Source: Octopus bimaculoides
Lineage: Eukaryota
DNA: 38,749 bases
Assembly (NCBI RefSeq): GCF_001194135.2
Contig: NC_068982.1
Coordinates: forward strand, 82,566,863 to 82,605,611
Direction of reading: 5' to 3'
Shown: in pieces, positions 1-12,002 of the stretch
How the letters are laid out: every line of letters begins with the position of its first letter
How positions within the stretch are numbered: the first letter of the stretch is position 1
Notes under the pieces: model-generated
The model's input: the letters and a program-made list of their open reading frames with translations, nothing else
What the model was told of the DNA's origin: nothing
Database searches by the model: none
Translations under genes and position numbers: made by a program

Positions 1-204
1 ATATATATATATATATATATACATCATGGATATATAAAGAGGCAGATGAGGAATCTTAGATAAAGTGAGAAAGAAAGGGAGAACAGTAAAGAGAGAATAA
101 ATAACACAGAAAGAAAGGGAAAACATAATATTTATGAGCGTCATTAAATACTTTTGTAGATCAAGATTTTAGCCAGAGTCACTGCTTGAGGAGGTTTGTT
201 TATA

Positions 205-575
205 TAATCCTATTATAGCGCTGGGTTGTCCGAAGTTTTGATCTCTTCAATAACTCTGATACACCAAAGCTTCGTTTCTCGGAATTACAAAAGCTTTGAG
301 TTCTATATCGATGTAAGTTATTCAAAAAATGGTTGGCTATTATAGCAACCACATGACAAAAGACTTGTCTCATATTAGCCCTGGGTTACCAAAAACATTG
401 TCTTCTCTTGGCACCAGGCTGACCAAACTATTCTGCTCTTCTTCGGAATAAATCTTTTATTATATATAGACCCAGGCTGACCACGGCCCTCTCTCCTGTT
501 AGACCCAGGCTGCCTAAAGACTCTTAGTGGTGGTCTGACCAAAACCTTTTCTTCTATATAGGCATGGTCTGAACA
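205..575 (+). repeat. Degenerate ~33-34 bp tandem array, apparently derived from an internal SINE segment
   Basis: The motif (CCA/TG)GGYTGACCAAA recurs near 381, 414, 472, 505, 531 and 564, usually preceded by TCTTCT..TATAG. It resembles TCTTCTGCTATAGCCTCGGGCCGACCAAAGCC in the SINE copy at 21730-21762. Confidence 0.5.
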
Positions 576-609
576 AAAAATTATTTCTACTGTATCTCTA
601 GGCTTATCA

Positions 610-960
610 AGTCCTTTTTCTCTTTATAGCCTCGCCAATATATATATAATATTGTTAATGAACCCTTGTTGATTGTAATTGTGAGCAATGAATTTGGTTT
701 TACTAGGATTAACAAGTAGTCTAACATCATGTATAGGTAATTATAGACTATGAAGTAATTGGGTAGAGTTTGATAGTGTGTCAAGGCTAAAACATCAGCA
801 TAGTCTGAATCAGTTATTTTTTGAGCTGGATGCCCTATCAAGTTTTTCATGAGTGTGAAACTGAGGCTGTTTAGATTGTCAAGCGATGTTCTGGGGACAT
901 AATCCATAGTGATCACGAAGAGATAAGGTGCCAATGTGTCCCACTGGAGTACTCCAATTT
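610..960 (-). mobile_element. RTE-clade LINE reverse transcriptase fragment (inverted 5' segment)
   Basis: The minus strand reads GVLQ(W)DTLAPYLFVITMDYV...HPAQKITDSDYADVLAL...GEAIK. These are the RTE GVLQGDTLAPYLF motif and a degenerate YADD motif, with frameshifts. Confidence 0.85.
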
Positions 961-1487
961 TTTCATTTTACCTTGGCTCTGGAAAAGATGTTCAAACAAG
1001 GACAGCCGAAGCATTGTCGGCCTTAAACAAACTGGTTGTTGTCTGGAAATTAACCCTGTTAGACAACTTTCCAGTTCAACTGTATAGTCAGTCCTTTTAT
1101 ATGAAGTATCAGCTTGGACGGTTAACAACAACTGGAATCCGAGCTAGATGGAACTTACACTCAAGTGTTAAGAGAAATCTTAAACATATCTTGGAGAACA
1201 CACCCCCACCAATAAATAGCTGTGGGGAAATCTTATGCCTGATTCTACCTTTACAAGGAAAAGGACGTTACAGGCGGGCTAAACAAGAACTGGCAAGTGA
1301 CCTACTGGTGTGGATGCCAAGGCATGGTTGTGCTGAAGCTGGTCGTCCGATCATAACATATGCAGCTCAACTCACCAGAGACTGTGGAGGCCTCTCTGAA
1401 AACCTCCTTTGACTAGTGAAGGACAGAGATGGATGGCGTACGCGGGTTAAAAATGTCCGAGCAAGCTGGGGCAGATGGTGATTATGA
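961..1487 (+). mobile_element. RTE-clade LINE 3' segment (RT C-terminus and tail)
   Basis: The plus strand reads YLGS..KDVQTRTAEALSALNKL...ELASDLLVWMPRHG..GRPIITYAAQLTRD..DRDGWRTRVKNVRAS and ends in a degenerate (GAT)n tail, GATGGTGATTATGAT. Confidence 0.85.
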
Positions 1488-1499
1488 TACATACGCAGG

Positions 1500-1508
1500 C
1501 GCACGCAC

Positions 1509-1546
<38 letters not shown>

Positions 1547-1554
1547 AAACACAA

Positions 1555-1585
<31 letters not shown>
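1500..1585. repeat. (CA)n microsatellite, representative of many (CA)n/(TA)n/(CT)n/(TACA)n/(GGAA)n tracts in the window, usually next to N gaps
   Basis: Directly visible. Similar tracts lie at ~2054-2115, 2580-2880, 4370-4435, 7205-7255, 11344-11400, 15928-15973, 16170-16232, 19124-19205, 20140-20450, 30085-30270, 36080-36163 and 38560-38640. Confidence 0.98.
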
Positions 1586-2053
1586 CACACCTTCGGATTC
1601 TCTGTTTGGATGTTAGCTTACTTACACTGGACACATTATGACGTACACGTATACACATGTCTGTTTTATACAGACACATAAAAGAAAGTAAGTTGCACCT
1701 TGCATNNNNNNNNNNNNNNNNNNNNNNNNNNNNNNNNNNNNNNNNNNNNNNNNNNNNNNNNNNNNNNNNNNNNNNNNNNNNNNNNNNNNNNNNNNNNNNN
1801 NNNNNNNNNNNNNNNNNNNNNNNNNNNNNNNNNNNNNNNNNNNNNNNNNNNNNNNNNNNNNNNNNNNNNNNNNNNNNNNNNNNNNNNNNNNNNNNNNNNN
1901 NNNNNNNNNNNNNNNNNNNNNNNNNNNNNNNNNNNNNNNNNNNNNNNNNNNNNNNNNNNNNNNNNNNNNNNNNNNNNNNNNNNNNNNNNNNNNNNNNNNN
2001 NNNNNNNNNNNNNNNNNNNNNNNNNNNNNNNNNNNNNNNNNNNNNNNNNNNNN

Positions 2054-2084
<31 letters not shown>

Positions 2085-2680
2085 CTCTCTCTCACTCTCT
2101 GCCTCTATCTCTCTCTTTCTCCCGTTCTCCCTTTGTGTGTATATATACATGCACGTATATCAATATGTAATTGTGAGTAATATAAACATACACACACACA
2201 CAGACTGTATATATTTATACGTATTCTCTACTTCAGTATATCGGTATGCATTTTCTAGTATAAACATGTTGATCATAAACATGCTATCAAGAAGTTGAAG
2301 CCGCTGGTATATTTTTTCATGAAGAATATACACATACACATATGCGCACACATACACACAGACACACTTATATATGATATGTGCACAAATATACATATAT
2401 ATATTTATTTATAACTATGTGTGTGGGTATGTGTGTATGTGCTGTTTACGTTTCTTCACCGGAATAACAGTCTATAACGGCAGACGTGTTTACATGCATG
2501 TTCGTCGTTGAAAGTTCAATCATATTTTCCACCCAAAACTTTACTACATTTATAAACAATATATAACGTATATATGTACGAATGTATGTATGCATAAGTA
2601 TATGTATATATCTGTATATATACGAATATGTATATCATATATATAAATATATTACTATATATGTATGTATATATATGTAC

Positions 2681-2733
<53 letters not shown>

Positions 2734-3979
2734 TACATATACATACATATACACATACATATATATACATACATATACACACACATATATATATACATCT
2801 ACATACATACATACATACATACATACATACATACATACATACATGCATGCATACATACATACATCACAAACACATACACATATATTTGAGGCTGCATAAG
2901 CGTGGGTTTGTAAAATTGTTTTTTGTAAATGGAAAACACAAGCCTTGCCCCGTGAGTAAAAAGTTCGCTTCACACTGTAGTACAATCTAGGGTCGGTCGG
3001 TGCAACTTAGGTCGAATTTGCTCTAGGTTACACCTGATCAAGCAGACCAATTATTGATGTCGTTCCGGACGTGACAATACTATATTTTCTCTCATTTCGT
3101 AAAGTATCAGAAAACCAGGAAACACCGAGTAATGGTCACGACGAAAATTTAATAAGGAACTTAGGTTTAGTCTGACATATTTCCATTTTACCATTTTGTT
3201 ACATAGATAAATGCTTGGAACGATTCATATTTCATAAATGATAAAACCATGATTGTATATCAGACATGTTACTCAATATTTTAGATAAATATTATCATAC
3301 ATTATCATAGAAGTTGGCAGCTTTGTTGAAAGTGGCTCAAATAGAGGATATGTTAGATGATGTGTTCAATTTATATTACTAACTGAATGTTTTATTGTTA
3401 TGTATATGTATTTTGAGTCAGTCTTAATGTACATTAGCTTCTCATTCCAATTTCTCAATCATTGGCATTTGTCTGTGTCTATGAAGAATGTAATGTTTAG
3501 AAAATAATGATTGCTAATACTGGTCGGATCTAATAGTTATTAATTATTTCTTCTATCCAACTATCTATCTATTTATTTATTTGTCTAACTATTTATGCGT
3601 ATTTGTGTGTGTATGTGTGTGTGCGCGCTCACGTGTAGGTATGTTTATATGTATGCATATTGTGAGGAAAATTTGAGTCGTAAGAGACAACAGCAAGGCC
3701 ATCGTCTTCCTATACCCATGCATCAAGATTTTGGAATTTACGTGTTCTTAGACTAAAATGCAAAATCCTACCAGTTAATAAGTCTTGTACCATAAGACCG
3801 AGTTTCAAGAATATATTCATTCCACAAAACCTATTTGGCACTCTTTTCTTTCTTCCTAACACAAGCACACAAATACAGTAAAGAAATAAACACACACATA
3901 CGTGCGTGCACGGAGACGTATGTTTATACATATGCATACATACATATATGTGTGTGCATACGCGTGAAAAAGGTGCCAG

Positions 3980-4150
3980 TGATGTAAAGTAGTGCCGACT
4001 GCTTGAAGGAGTTAGTACCGTGGAAGTGGAAGACCGAGAAAAGCACAGGACAAACTGGTGAAAACCGATTTTAAGAATGTGAATTTCTTGAAGAAGCTGT
4101 CAGAGAATCAAAACGAATGGCGACATGTGGTGCTGAAGAAGACTTGTTTG
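3980..4150 (+). mobile_element. Degenerate RTE LINE 3' end fragment
   Basis: Reads VK*CRLLEGVST(C)GSGRPRKAQDKLVKTDF...EWRHVVLKKT with one frameshift, matching the RTE ORF2 C-terminal GRPRK-W...WR pattern. Confidence 0.6.
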
Positions 4151-4371
4151 CACGATCAAACTTCGCAAACGGTCGTAAAAACTGAAGTGGTCAATTTATC
4201 ATTGCATCACAATGCCTGAGTAAAGAGGAATAGCTGAGGATCTATCTGTGCTTAAATATTCCCTACCCTTATATACTGCAAACCGTCCCTCTCCTCCATA
4301 TCATTCTTCATTCACAGCTACCATTCTCTCTTACCGTCTCCCATCTTTATTCCTCTCTCACACACACCCTT

Positions 4372-4435
<64 letters not shown>

Positions 4436-4879
4436 ACCTCACTATTCTTTATCGTCATTGCTATCTTTCACCCTTCAATCTCTTTCTTCACTTCTACATC
4501 ACTTCTTCTTGACATATATCCTTTTCCTTCAATTCCATTATCCCTCCACCCTGTATCACCCTACCTCTAACATCACTCCCTTCTCCGTCTCCCACCCCAT
4601 TATGCTATTTATGCCTTTCTACTCCATCCCCTTACCATCATCCAACAAGTAATATCCAATTACTGTCTGTCTTCTATATCTCACCTGCTGTCGTCCTTCT
4701 TGTTTCCATCATTCTGTTTTTCTCAGAATCCATTCCTCGTCGTCATTCTCTGTTCTGTAAAATATCTCGATTACTTTTGTCTTGAATGAAGGGAGACAAC
4801 CTAGAACGGAGAAAAACTCTTGAGTTTTGCAATTTTTCAGTACTTTTATCAGAATAAAATGGATTTTAGATTTTCAGAT

Positions 4880-5790
4880 TTGTTGCTGTTGTTGTTATGG
4901 TCGTCGTCGTTATTGCTGTTGCTGCTGCTGCTGCTGCTGCTGCTACTGCTGTTGCTGTTGTTGTTGTTGGTTGTGATGATGGTAGTAGTGCTTGCGGGGT
5001 AGTACTAGTAGAAGTAGCAGCAGGAATAGTAGTGAGTGTGGTGTTGGTGTCGGAAGTGGTTGTGCTGGTAATGTTGTTGCTGTTGTTAATGCTGGTAGTG
5101 GTGACGGCAGTGAGGATGGAGCTATGGTGAAAGAGGAGGCAGGTTGTTTTGGTAATGTAACTGTGATGATAGAGGTGAGAGTGGTGATAGTAAAGAATTA
5201 TGATGTTGGTATGGTAATGATGAGGATAATGATGATGTGGAGAAAGTCGATTGCGCTTGGCTGTGGTGATGAAGGATTGAAGCAGCGACGGGACGTAGAA
5301 ACGGTGATAGGCTTGATGCTCCTAATGGCGCTGATGATAATAAATGACGAAGATGAAGTCATAATAATGATGATGATGATGATGAAGTGGAGGCGATTGG
5401 ATGATGGTGGAGGAGGCGGGGGAAGAGGAGGTGGTGGTAAGGAGGAGTAGGATGTGGATGGTTGACGTAGAAGATGCTGCAGTTGATGATCATCATCATC
5501 ATTATCATGATCATGATTATGATCATGATCATCATCATTATGATCATGATCATGATAACGATGATGCAGAGGAGATGGTATGGAGCAGTAGGAGGTGGCT
5601 GCTTGGTGTAAGGGTGATATGATGCTGAAAAAGGCTGCTGTTGATGATGATAAGGATGGTGACGACCATAAAGATGAAAATGATCATGATCATGATCATG
5701 ACGACGACGATAATGATGATGATGAAGATAATGACGACGATGATGATGATAAAATAATGATAACGATGACTATGACGACAACAGCCACAT
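4880..5790. repeat. Mosaic trinucleotide/hexanucleotide low-complexity tract (GTT, GCT, GTA, GAT, GGT, GATCAT, GAC)
   Basis: Directly visible succession of triplet repeats. The ORFs here are poly-L/V/M/D/H artefacts. Confidence 0.9.
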
Positions 5791-6833
5791 CCTAAGAGAA
5801 CGCCTTGCGGTGATTATCTCCATTTCCATTATCTTCACGTGGCAATCCTGTGGAATCTCAGTATTCAGACTTACTGGAAGCGAGGTTATTCCTCCTGGAA
5901 CTGAGATATTAAGGGGGGCTTTGNNNNNNNNNNNNNNNNNNNNNNNNNNNNNNNNNNNNNNNNNNNNNNNNNNNNNNNNNNNNNNNNNNNNNNNNNNNNN
6001 NNNNNNNNNNNNNNNNNNNNNNNNNNNNNNNNNNNNNNNNNNNNNNNNNNNNNNNNNNNNNNNNNNNNNNNNNNNNNNNNNNNNNNNNNNNNNNNNNNNN
6101 NNNNNNNNNNNNNNNNNNNNNNNNNNNNNNNNNNNNNNNNNNNNNNNNNNNNNNNNNNNNNNNNNNNNNNNNNNNNNNNNNNNNNNNNNNNNNNNNNNNN
6201 NNNNNNNNNNNNNNNNNNNNNNNNNNNNNNNNNNNNNNNNNNNNNNNNNNNNNNNNNNNNNNNNNNNNNNNNNNNNNNNNNNNNNNNNNNNNNNNNNNNN
6301 NNNNNNNNNNNNNNNNNNNNNNNNNNNNNNNNNNNNNNNNNNNNNNNNNNNNNNNNNNNNNNNNNNNNNNNNNNNNNNNNNNNNNNNNNNNNNNNNNNNN
6401 NNNNNNNNNNNNNNNNNNNNNNNNNNNNNNNNNATATATATATATATATATACACATATATGTATATATCACATATTCTCATCCATACATGCACCATCAA
6501 GCTACGTGCTCGGAATCCAACAAGACAGATTTGATTCAGATCAATGCATTGTTTCCGGTGTGTGATGGTGGGGTCGGAGCTCGGAAGAAGAAAATGAGAC
6601 TTTGTTGGGGATGAAGGAACTGGTAAAGGATGTGAAAGTCGGATAGTTGGATAGAGGATAAGGTGACATAAACAGGAAGAAAGAGAAGGGAGTTGGTTAT
6701 TTTCAGGAATGAAAAGGAACAAGGAAGAAAGCAACAAATGATCGAAAGAAGGAAAATAAAGAGAGAATGGAAATGTGAAAGAGCAAGTTATAAAAGGGAT
6801 ATAAATAAAAATTGTATGGAAGGAGCAGATATG

Positions 6834-6894
<61 letters not shown>

Positions 6895-7689
6895 NNNNNN
6901 NNNNNNNNNNNNNNNNNNNNNNNNNNNNNNNNNNNNNNNNNNNNNNNNNNNNNNNNNNNNNNNNNNNNNNNNNNNNNNNNNNNNNNNNNNNNNNNNNNNN
7001 NNNNNNNNNNNNNNNNNNNNNNNNNNNNNNNNNNNNNNNNNNNNNNNNNNNNNNNNNNNNNNNNNNNNNNNNNNNNNNNNNNNNNNNNNNNNNNNNNNNN
7101 NNNNNNNNNNNNNNNNNNNNNNNNNNNNNNNNNNNNNNNNNNNNNNNNNNNNNNNNNNNNNNNNNNNNNNNNNNNNNNNNNNNNNNNNNNNNNNNNNNNN
7201 NNNNGAAGGAAGGAAGGAAGGAAGGAAGGAAGGAAGGAAGGAAGGAAGGAAGGGAGGTGAAGGGAATGAGTATAAAGAAATAAGATGCAGACTGGAGATA
7301 AGCGGTAAAACAAAGAGAGAATGAAAGTAATAATGGTGGAAAGAAGAAAGAAAAGTGGGAGATAGATCTACTGAAAGGGACAATGGGGAGAGAGTAGATT
7401 TTTATTTGACTGAGCGAAGAGGCTCCATGTTGTTGTTTAGTGTCTGTCTCTGGTTGGCAGTGGTTGTATTGATTTTGCTGAAGCTCTATTGATCGATGAC
7501 TACAGAAAGAAACCTTGGGCTCGCCAAAATAAGTCATCTAAATAATGACTTGATTATTTAGATGACTTTGATTATTTAGATGACTTTGATAACTAGAAAC
7601 AGTAGCCAAATCTTCCTCAAAATTATACCTTACACTTTTAAATGAAGTAGGAAGTCCTGGATCTTATAATCCTCATTATACTATATCTG

Positions 7690-7810
7690 AAAATAAGACA
7701 GGCTGGTCATATCTGTAGAGACAATCTCGAACGGCAAAAGATGGTGCCAACAGTGATTGTGTAGAAAAAGTGCAAGAAGCCATTCTGAGATGGTTAAATG
7801 GTAAAAACAA
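7690..7810 (+). mobile_element. Possible very old RTE/LINE C-terminal remnant
   Basis: Frameshifted AGHICRDNLER...ILRWLNG resembles the LINE AGHI-R...RW-DG C-terminal pattern. The match is short and degenerate. Confidence 0.35.
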
Positions 7811-8346
7811 AGAAGGTTAATTGTTGTATAATTTACTGAATGCAACTCGGAGTGGATCTAATCTTTAAAGCAAACTACTACAACTAATGGACAGGTTTCA
7901 CTTCTATTCAACCTCTTCAGCCGCACATACCACACTCTTGCAAAGGAAGTATAATAAATATATTTATATATTCGAATAAGTCAATAAAAGCAGCTCCATT
8001 GTAAAAAGAGATCGAAACCGTACGGTCTGGTGGTCTCGTGGCTAGAAGGATGTAAGGGTTCACTCTCCTGCCTGCAATATATATCGGGTGCAGGTTGCAT
8101 CGAATAACTAACTGGAGGAGACGACTCATGGGGTTAAAAATAGCAGTAGCGTCGGTTCCTACGGAACAGCCATGTTTAAGTGACAACATACATTACTTCT
8201 CAGTAGAGATTTTCTAACTGCTGTAAAATATTTATCTATATAACATACTTAACGTATGTGTGTCGTTGAAAAGTCAGAAACTGCAGATTTTCTTCCAACA
8301 AAATTCGTTTATGCACATATACATTAAATCTATATATGTATGTATG

Positions 8347-8386
<40 letters not shown>

Positions 8387-8387
8387 T

Positions 8388-8752
8388 CTTCTATTCTTTT
8401 ACTTATTTCAGTCATTTGACTGCAGCCATGCTGGAGCACCAACTTGAATGGATTTTTAGTCGAAGGAGTCGACCCTCAGGACTTATTTTTGAAAGTCTAG
8501 TACTTATTATACCGGTGTCTTTTGCCAAACCACTAGTTACGGGGACGCAAAAACAACAGCACCGGTTATTAAGTGGTATGGAGGACAAACATAGACACAA
8601 AGACACACACACATAGATATAACTACGAAGGGCTTCTTTCAGTTTCCGTCTATCAAATCCACTCACAAGGCTTTGGTCGGTCCGAGGCTATAGTAGAAGA
8701 CACTTACCCAAGGTGCCACTCAGTGGGACTGAACCCAGAACCATGTGGTTGT
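8388..8752 (-). mobile_element. Octopus-type tRNA-derived SINE (family A), 5' truncated
   Basis: The minus strand has a B-box-like GGTTCAGTCCC, then GCACCTTGGGTAAGTGTCTTCTACTATAGCC...GTGGATTTGATAGACGGAAACTGAAAGAAGCCC, a microsatellite linker and a CCAGCATGGCTGCAGTCAAATGACTGAAA tail. It is homologous to 14655-14810 and 21711-22028. Confidence 0.85.
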
Positions 8753-9865
8753 TTCCGTTTGACAGTGGCCATGTTTTAGTCGAACAAGGGCACACACACA
8801 CACACACACACATATATATTCTAACAAAAAGGAAGGAGGAGAATTTCGGTTATTCTCACATGGTGGGTTGTAATGCAAAAATATATATATCTAACATATA
8901 AAATAGAGATGTGCGTGTATTCACTTTTCACGTGAAAACGGCTTTACCAATTACTTCCATACTTGTGATGCATGAATAATTTGACCTCGGACATATAATA
9001 GGGTCTTCAATTGATTTTTTTTTTATTAAAAATAAAATATATTGCTTTATATTTATGATTCACTTCTTTAAAAAGGTTTTTCAATGTCAACTTCCGGTAT
9101 TGACTCTCTATTTTAATGTTCGCTATTTGTAAACAACTACGATAAATTACTGAAAGAAATATTTACGAAGTTCACAAATTTAAATATTCGGCACATGAGA
9201 GTTTTTAACGTGCTTTTATTTATACGATTTTTTCATTCCATGTTTATCTCATTCATTGTGTGCAATGTTCTCTCTNNNNNNNNNNNNNNNNNNNNNNNNN
9301 NNNNNNNNNNNNNNNNNNNNNNNNNNNNNNNNNNNNNNNNNNNNNNNNNNNNNNNNNNNNNNNNNNNNNNNNNNNNNNNNNNNNNNNNNNNNNNNNNNNN
9401 NNNNNNNNNNNNNNNNNNNNNNNNNNNNNNNNNNNNNNNNNNNNNNNNNNNNNNNNNNNNNNNNNNNNNNNNNNNNNNNNNNNNNNNNNNNNNNNNNNNN
9501 NNNNNNNNNNNNNNNNNNNNNNNNNNNNNNNNNNNNNNNNNNNNNNNNNNNNNNNNNNNNNNNNNNNNNNNNNNNNNNNNNNNNNNNNNNNNNNNNNNNN
9601 NNNNNNNNNNNNNNNNNNNNNNNNNNNNNNNNNNNNNNNNNNNNNNNNNNNNNNNNNNNNNNNNNNNNNNNNNNNNNNNNNNNNNNNNNNNNNNNNNNNN
9701 NNNNNNNNNNNNNTGAGAGAGAGAGAGAAAGTGATGTCAAAGTGGCACTCTCTCTTTCTCTCTCGCTCTCTCTCTCTCTCTCTCACGCACACATAAATAA
9801 AAGAAAGATGTATGCCTATTTATTTATACATGTAAGTATACATGACAACACACCCTTTCACTCGG

Positions 9866-9896
<31 letters not shown>

Positions 9897-10029
9897 CCTC
9901 CATTTCATCTATTTGATACTGTATGTATATGTATCTGTGTGTGTGCGTGCGTGTGCGCGTGCGTGCGTGCGTGTGTGCGTGTGTGCGTGCGTGCGTGCGT
10001 GCGTGTGCGCGGCGTTCCACAATCGCCAG

Positions 10030-11275
10030 AAAGAAACAGGAATTTTCTGTCATGATGCTCCTGGTGGTACAGGTAAAACATCTGTAACATTGTTTCTCTC
10101 CAAGGTAAGATAACAAAAAAGAACTGCAGTTGCTGTATCATTGTCTGGCTTTGCTGTCACAATTCTCCCAGGAGGACGAACAGCTCATTCTGATTTTATA
10201 TTACCACTAAACCTGGTTACAAATGGCAGTCCAATTTGTAACATAAGCCAAGATTCAGGTTCAGCAGAAGTGTTGTGCCAATGCCACCATATCATTTCGG
10301 ATGAATGCACCATGTCACATAGAGGTGCAATGGAAGCTCTTGATCCTTACAGGCCATCAGAGGCAACAATAGATCTATGGGAGGATTTACATTAGTTTTA
10401 TCAGGAGACATTACCAATCATTCCGAGACGAAACAAGATCTGATAAAATAAAAGCATGCATTAAGCCTTCACACCTGTGGAATAAAGTACTGAAATTCTT
10501 CTTCAATATTAATGTGCGAGCTTTATCAAATGGGGACCAATATGCAAAACAGTTTTCAACCTGGCTTCTCCAATTAGGAGGTGGGAAAGTATCATTTGAT
10601 GGGAATGCTGATATCAATTTGGCTCGTATTGCTATCATGGTGAATTCCCCCAGCTAAATTGAAGAACAGGGTATTTCCAGACTTAAGTAATAATTATAAT
10701 GCATATACATGGTTGTGTGAAAGGGCAATTCTTGTTCCAAAAAATGAGACAGTAGCAAGGGTTAACCATGAATTAATGAATAAGATTCCAATAGTCATTA
10801 AGAAGTACAAATCAGTTGATTCAGTCCTTGACGAAAATCAAGCTGTCCATTACCCAACAGAGTTCCTTAATTCTCTTGAGCTACCTGAACCTCCTCCACA
10901 TAAACTTTTTCTGAAGGTAGGAGTCCCAATAATGCTTCTAAGAAATTCAGATCATCCTAAGTTAAGGTTGATTGTGAAGACATTACCATCTAATGTGACA
11001 GAAGCTACTATCATCAATGACTCTGGGGAAGAGGTTTTCATTCCAAGAATTCCAATCAAACCAACAGACATTTGAGTTCAAATGAACACAATTTCCAGTG
11101 CGACTTTGCTTTGTAATGTCCATTAATAAAGCTCAAGATCAGTTTTTGAAATCTACTGACTTGCTTTTCTCATGGTCACCTTTATGTTGGTCACTCTAGG
11201 GTAGGTAGTTTGCAAGACCTGTCTATGCTCCAAACCAGTAAACAAAGAATGTTGTTTACCCAGAAGCTCTTACAT
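10030..11275 (+). pseudogene. Helitron Rep/Hel PIF1-family helicase remnant
   Basis: Contains DAPGGTGKT (Walker A), LPGGRTAHS-F-LPL, DECTMSH, WLCERAILVPKNETV, YPTEFLNSLE...PPHKLFLKVGVPIMLLRN, FIPRIP and KTKNVVYPEAL, with multiple stops, frameshifts and deletions. Confidence 0.9.
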
Positions 11276-11341
11276 AATTTCCTTCAACATAAGTGGTAGA
11301 ATTTATCTCCTTTCATAAAAGTGGTAAATTTTGTATTTTCG

Positions 11342-11400
<59 letters not shown>

Positions 11401-12002
11401 NNNNNNNNNNNNNNNNNNNNNNNNNNNNNNNNNNNNNNNNNNNNNNNNNNNNNNNNNNNNNNNNNNNNNNNNNNNNNNNNNNNNNNNNNNNNNNNNNNNN
11501 NNNNNNNNNNNNNNNNNNNNNNNNNNNNNNNNNNNNNNNNNNNNNNNNNNNNNNNNNNNNNNNNNNNNNNNNNNNNNNNNNNNNNNNNNNNNNNNNNNNN
11601 NNNNNNNNNNNNNNNNNNNNNNNNNNNNNNNNNNNNNNNNNNNNNNNNNNNNNNNNNNNNNNNNNNNNNNNNNNNNNNNNNNNNNNNNNNNNNNNNNNNN
11701 NNNNNNNNNNNNNNNNNNNNNNNNNNNNNNNNNNNNNNNNNNNNNNNNNNNNNNNNNNNNNNNNNNNAGTCCATATCTTTGGAAGGATGTTTGTGAATGA
11801 ATTAACAAGTAGAAAAATCTGAAGGGAGGTAAATAGTGATCCTTATTATTCGGGACAGCGGATATAATTACTCATTTTTTTGCGGGGTGGGTAATAAATA
11901 AATATACAAAAAACTCAAAAGCTAAAGTAGTGAAATGAAATATGTGCAGTGGTGGATATGTGATCATGAATTAAGATATAAACTGAGACCAAAGTTGGTC
12001 AT

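Noticed and set aside
205-575. CRISPR-like repeat-spacer appearance
   Set aside because: The units are degenerate and mutually similar including the 'spacers', the context is eukaryotic and no cas genes are present.
3700-3725. Minus-strand EDDGLAV resembling the PLE YRDDGL motif
   Set aside because: It is a seven-residue match with no other RT motifs nearby.
4130-4190. CTGAAGA...GCAAACGGTC hammerhead-like string
   Set aside because: It has GCAA instead of GAAA, no convincing helix II, and CTGAAGA lies within RTE coding sequence.
5810-5923. dUTPase-like impression of the peptides IPPG / EIPQDCHVKI
   Set aside because: None of the five conserved dUTPase motifs is clearly present and the segment is too short.
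7917-8189. 90 aa minus-strand ORF, and a tRNA-Glu-like 5' start (GGTGGTCTCGTGGCTAG) at ~8029
   Set aside because: There is no recognisable domain, and no B box or cloverleaf follows the A-box-like string.
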